Shown here in pieces: positions 61,176 through 64,000 of a DNA stretch of 64,000 bases (position 1 is its first letter; every line of letters begins with the position of its first letter). The notes below the pieces were generated by a model. The model was not told where the DNA came from. It did not search any database and worked only from the letters and a program-made list of their open reading frames with translations. Source of the DNA: Piromyces finnis finn. Taxonomy: Eukaryota > Fungi > Neocallimastigomycota. Location of the stretch: positions 326,967 to 390,966 of the forward strand of contig MCFH01000053.1 in NCBI GenBank assembly GCA_002104945.1. Direction: 5' to 3'. The translations under genes and the position numbers were made by a program.

Positions 61176-63126
61176 TATTTTATTTTATTTTTTAATAATA
61201 TATATTGTTATATACTTTTTATATTATTAATTGAATTATCATATTCAATAATTTTTATTGTGTTGGTATAGAGTAACTATTTATAAATTACTTTCTTTTA
61301 TTACTAAAGTTTTTTTTTTTTTTCTTTTTTTTCTTTTCTTCCTATTGATGAATTAAAATGCTCTTATTCTTTGAACTTGATATTCATAATTTTCACCAAT
61401 ATCTTTTTTTTCTTCTTTATTTCAAAACAATTTCTAAAAAATAAAAAAATTAAAAAAAGAAAATAATAATAATAATAATAATAATAATATAAAATTATTT
61501 TAATCAACTTTATTTTCTATTGGAACTAATATATAATATTCCAAATAAAATTTCAGAATTTAAACCTTATTAAATATTAAAGAATTAAACTTCATTAAAA
61601 AAAGAGATTACTTTAATTTATTCGATATTGTTTTAATACATTTTATACATTTAGTTTCTTAACAATTAGAACAATTCTTAATATATAGTACAATAGTAAT
61701 AATGTATATTATTTAATATATGATATTACCTATTCTAACAATATTTAAATTATTCTTTTTGTTATGATGAATATATAATAATATAAAAAAAAAATGATTT
61801 AATATTATTATTGGAACGTTAATCATATTTGTGGGCTCAACATTTCACCTATAATATTATTTTATTTTTATAAAAGAAAAAAAAATTGAAAAAGAAAATA
61901 AATATTATAATTATACTATTAAACCAATTTTATTTCAATTACTATTATAAAAATTTGAATATTTAATAATTGATATATAGAAAAAAAAAAATATATATAT
62001 ATAATGATTTAATCAAAAAATAATATTTTATTAATTTCTTATTATATATCACTAGAGTAATAAAGTATTCAAATCTAATAAAAAAAAAAAAAAGATATAT
62101 ATACATAATAGGTATAATTATTTAAATTTCATTGTTCTATTATTTAAAAAATGATAGAATTCTTGTGTGACATTTGTGTAATTATTTTTATTAATAATAT
62201 ATTAAAGTTTGGTATTTTAATTTGTTTTGAATCTGTTCTTTGAAATTTTATATTAAATAAAATTACAAGTATTTCTTATTTCATTCTATATTTATTAAAT
62301 AATCATTGGACAAATAATATTAAAAAAGAAACTTTTATTATTATTCTAATAATTAGAATTGGAATTAATTAGTATTATTTTAAATTGAAATTTTCTCACC
62401 AAAAAGGATTTTTTGATATTTTTCTTTATAATTTCAATTAAAGTTTGTAATTTAAAAAAATTAGTATTTGAAATGGCTTTTCCTTTTTTTTTTTTTATTT
62501 TCATTTTTGGGTAATATTTATAATTTTTTATTAAAATATTTTAAATTTATAATAAAATTTTAAAAATTATCTATAATTTTTTTTTTAAAAAATAAAGAAA
62601 AATCAAAAGGCTTATATAAATAAAAGTATAATATGTATATTATTATTTCTATGTTATTTTAATAATGGAATTTTTTTTTTTAAAATGAAAATATATATAT
62701 CATATAAATTAAATTTTCCATTTTTGGAATTTATTTTCAAAAAAAAAATTCCATTATTTAATAAGAGAAACAGTAATAAAGAATTAAAATAAACCATGCT
62801 TTTTGATTTTTGAATTTTTTTTATATTATGTTTTATTTATGTTTATAATTAATATTTTTTAAATAAACAATTAAATTATTATTATTATTTATAAAATTAT
62901 ATAATTTATATGTATCAAAAATTAACTGTTTATTGATAAACCATATTGATTAATTTATATACTATTTATTTAGTTATTTTATAAAAAAAATTTAATATAT
63001 ATATTAATAAATATATTAAATAAATAATATATAGTTTGATATTGATTAATTGAATGCGAATGAATTATTTCAAAAGGTGAAAAAAAATAAAATGTATTGA
63101 ATAAAATAAATAATATTCTAACATTA

Positions 63127-64000
63127 TTAAACAGAAAGATCGAAATGCCTTTTATTATTCTTTAATAATATTGGGAAGATAGATGTATACATCATTTCTA
63201 CTACTTCATTTTTAGCATTATCAAATATACCAACAGCTGGGTAAATGCTTATATCACATTGAATTTGTGATATTGTATTTCCTGATAGGTTTACAGCAGC
63301 CGGTCCATCATAATGAATAAATCTATTTTATTTTAATAAACATAAATTCATAAAATATAAATATTTAATAAACATATTTTTATAAATATAATTTTTATTT
63401 ATTGATCATTAAAACATACGTGTAGTAAAATGATGTAAAGTATGGCATGATTTCTTTTGGAATGGCCATATTTGGATCATATGAATAACTATCCATTGAC
63501 TGCGTTGGTTGGGTAGACATCATTTGTTGTTGGTAATATCCTTCAAAATCATATTGTGTAATGTATCTTTCATCATTCATTTCTTTTGCTTTTTCATATT
63601 CTATTTGATAACGATAAACCATTTTTTGTAAAAGTTGATAATTATCCCAAAACAAAACATTTTCTACTGAAAATTCCTTAATAGCAATGTCTCTTAATTC
63701 ATTGACTAATGCTGGAGTATTTAATACTTTATAGAAATATTGAATTGAACTCATTGGCTATTAAAATAAATAATTATAAATATTAATGAAATACTTTTAA
63801 TTAAACAAAATTTTATTTATTAATTTAAATATTTACTTCTTGGAAATATTTGTTCTTTTCGGTTTTTGCTTTATAATAGTGAATAAGTGGTAAAACAATT
63901 GATGCAAATAATATATAAATTGCAACAATAATATATAAAAATTTTCCACCATTTGTTATATCAAATAACTGTAAAAATATTTTAATTCTTCCTCCCTTTC
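63127..64000 (-). CDS. 7TM-RGS receptor, array copy 7 (3' part only; the gene continues past the window edge)
   Basis: TNGGKFLYIIV..ILPLIHYYK, LRDIAIKEFSVENVLFWDNY, AAVNLS, IFDNAKNEVVEMMYTSIFPILL. Stop at 63127. Confidence 0.85.

Overview
Extremely AT-rich, intron-dense eukaryotic DNA (short GT-AG introns, long (AAT)n and poly-A tracts, a flagellar gene). This best fits an anaerobic gut fungus (Neocallimastigomycota); the taxon is an inference. Left to right the window holds: the 5' end of an unknown minus-strand gene; CFAP61 (+); a Chs4/Skt5-like Sel1-repeat protein with a long His/Cys/Ser-rich tail (-); a half-fimbrin with one CH1-CH2 actin-binding domain followed by a coiled coil (-); a parvin orthologue, part of the integrin-adhesome IPP complex (-); and the cohesin loader Scc2/NIPBL (-). 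From about 33.6 kb to the window end lies a tandem array of at least seven 7TM-RGS (GprK/AtRGS1-like) receptor genes, all on the minus strand. The first copy keeps an intact 7TM but has lost its RGS domain. The array is interrupted by a young, non-coding 3.1-kb Copia-like LTR element (217-bp LTRs, CAACT target-site duplication) and an inverted solo LTR of the same family. All three differences among the LTRs are TpG/TpA (RIP-like). Gene models were spliced by eye, and family calls rest on recalled motifs, not database searches.
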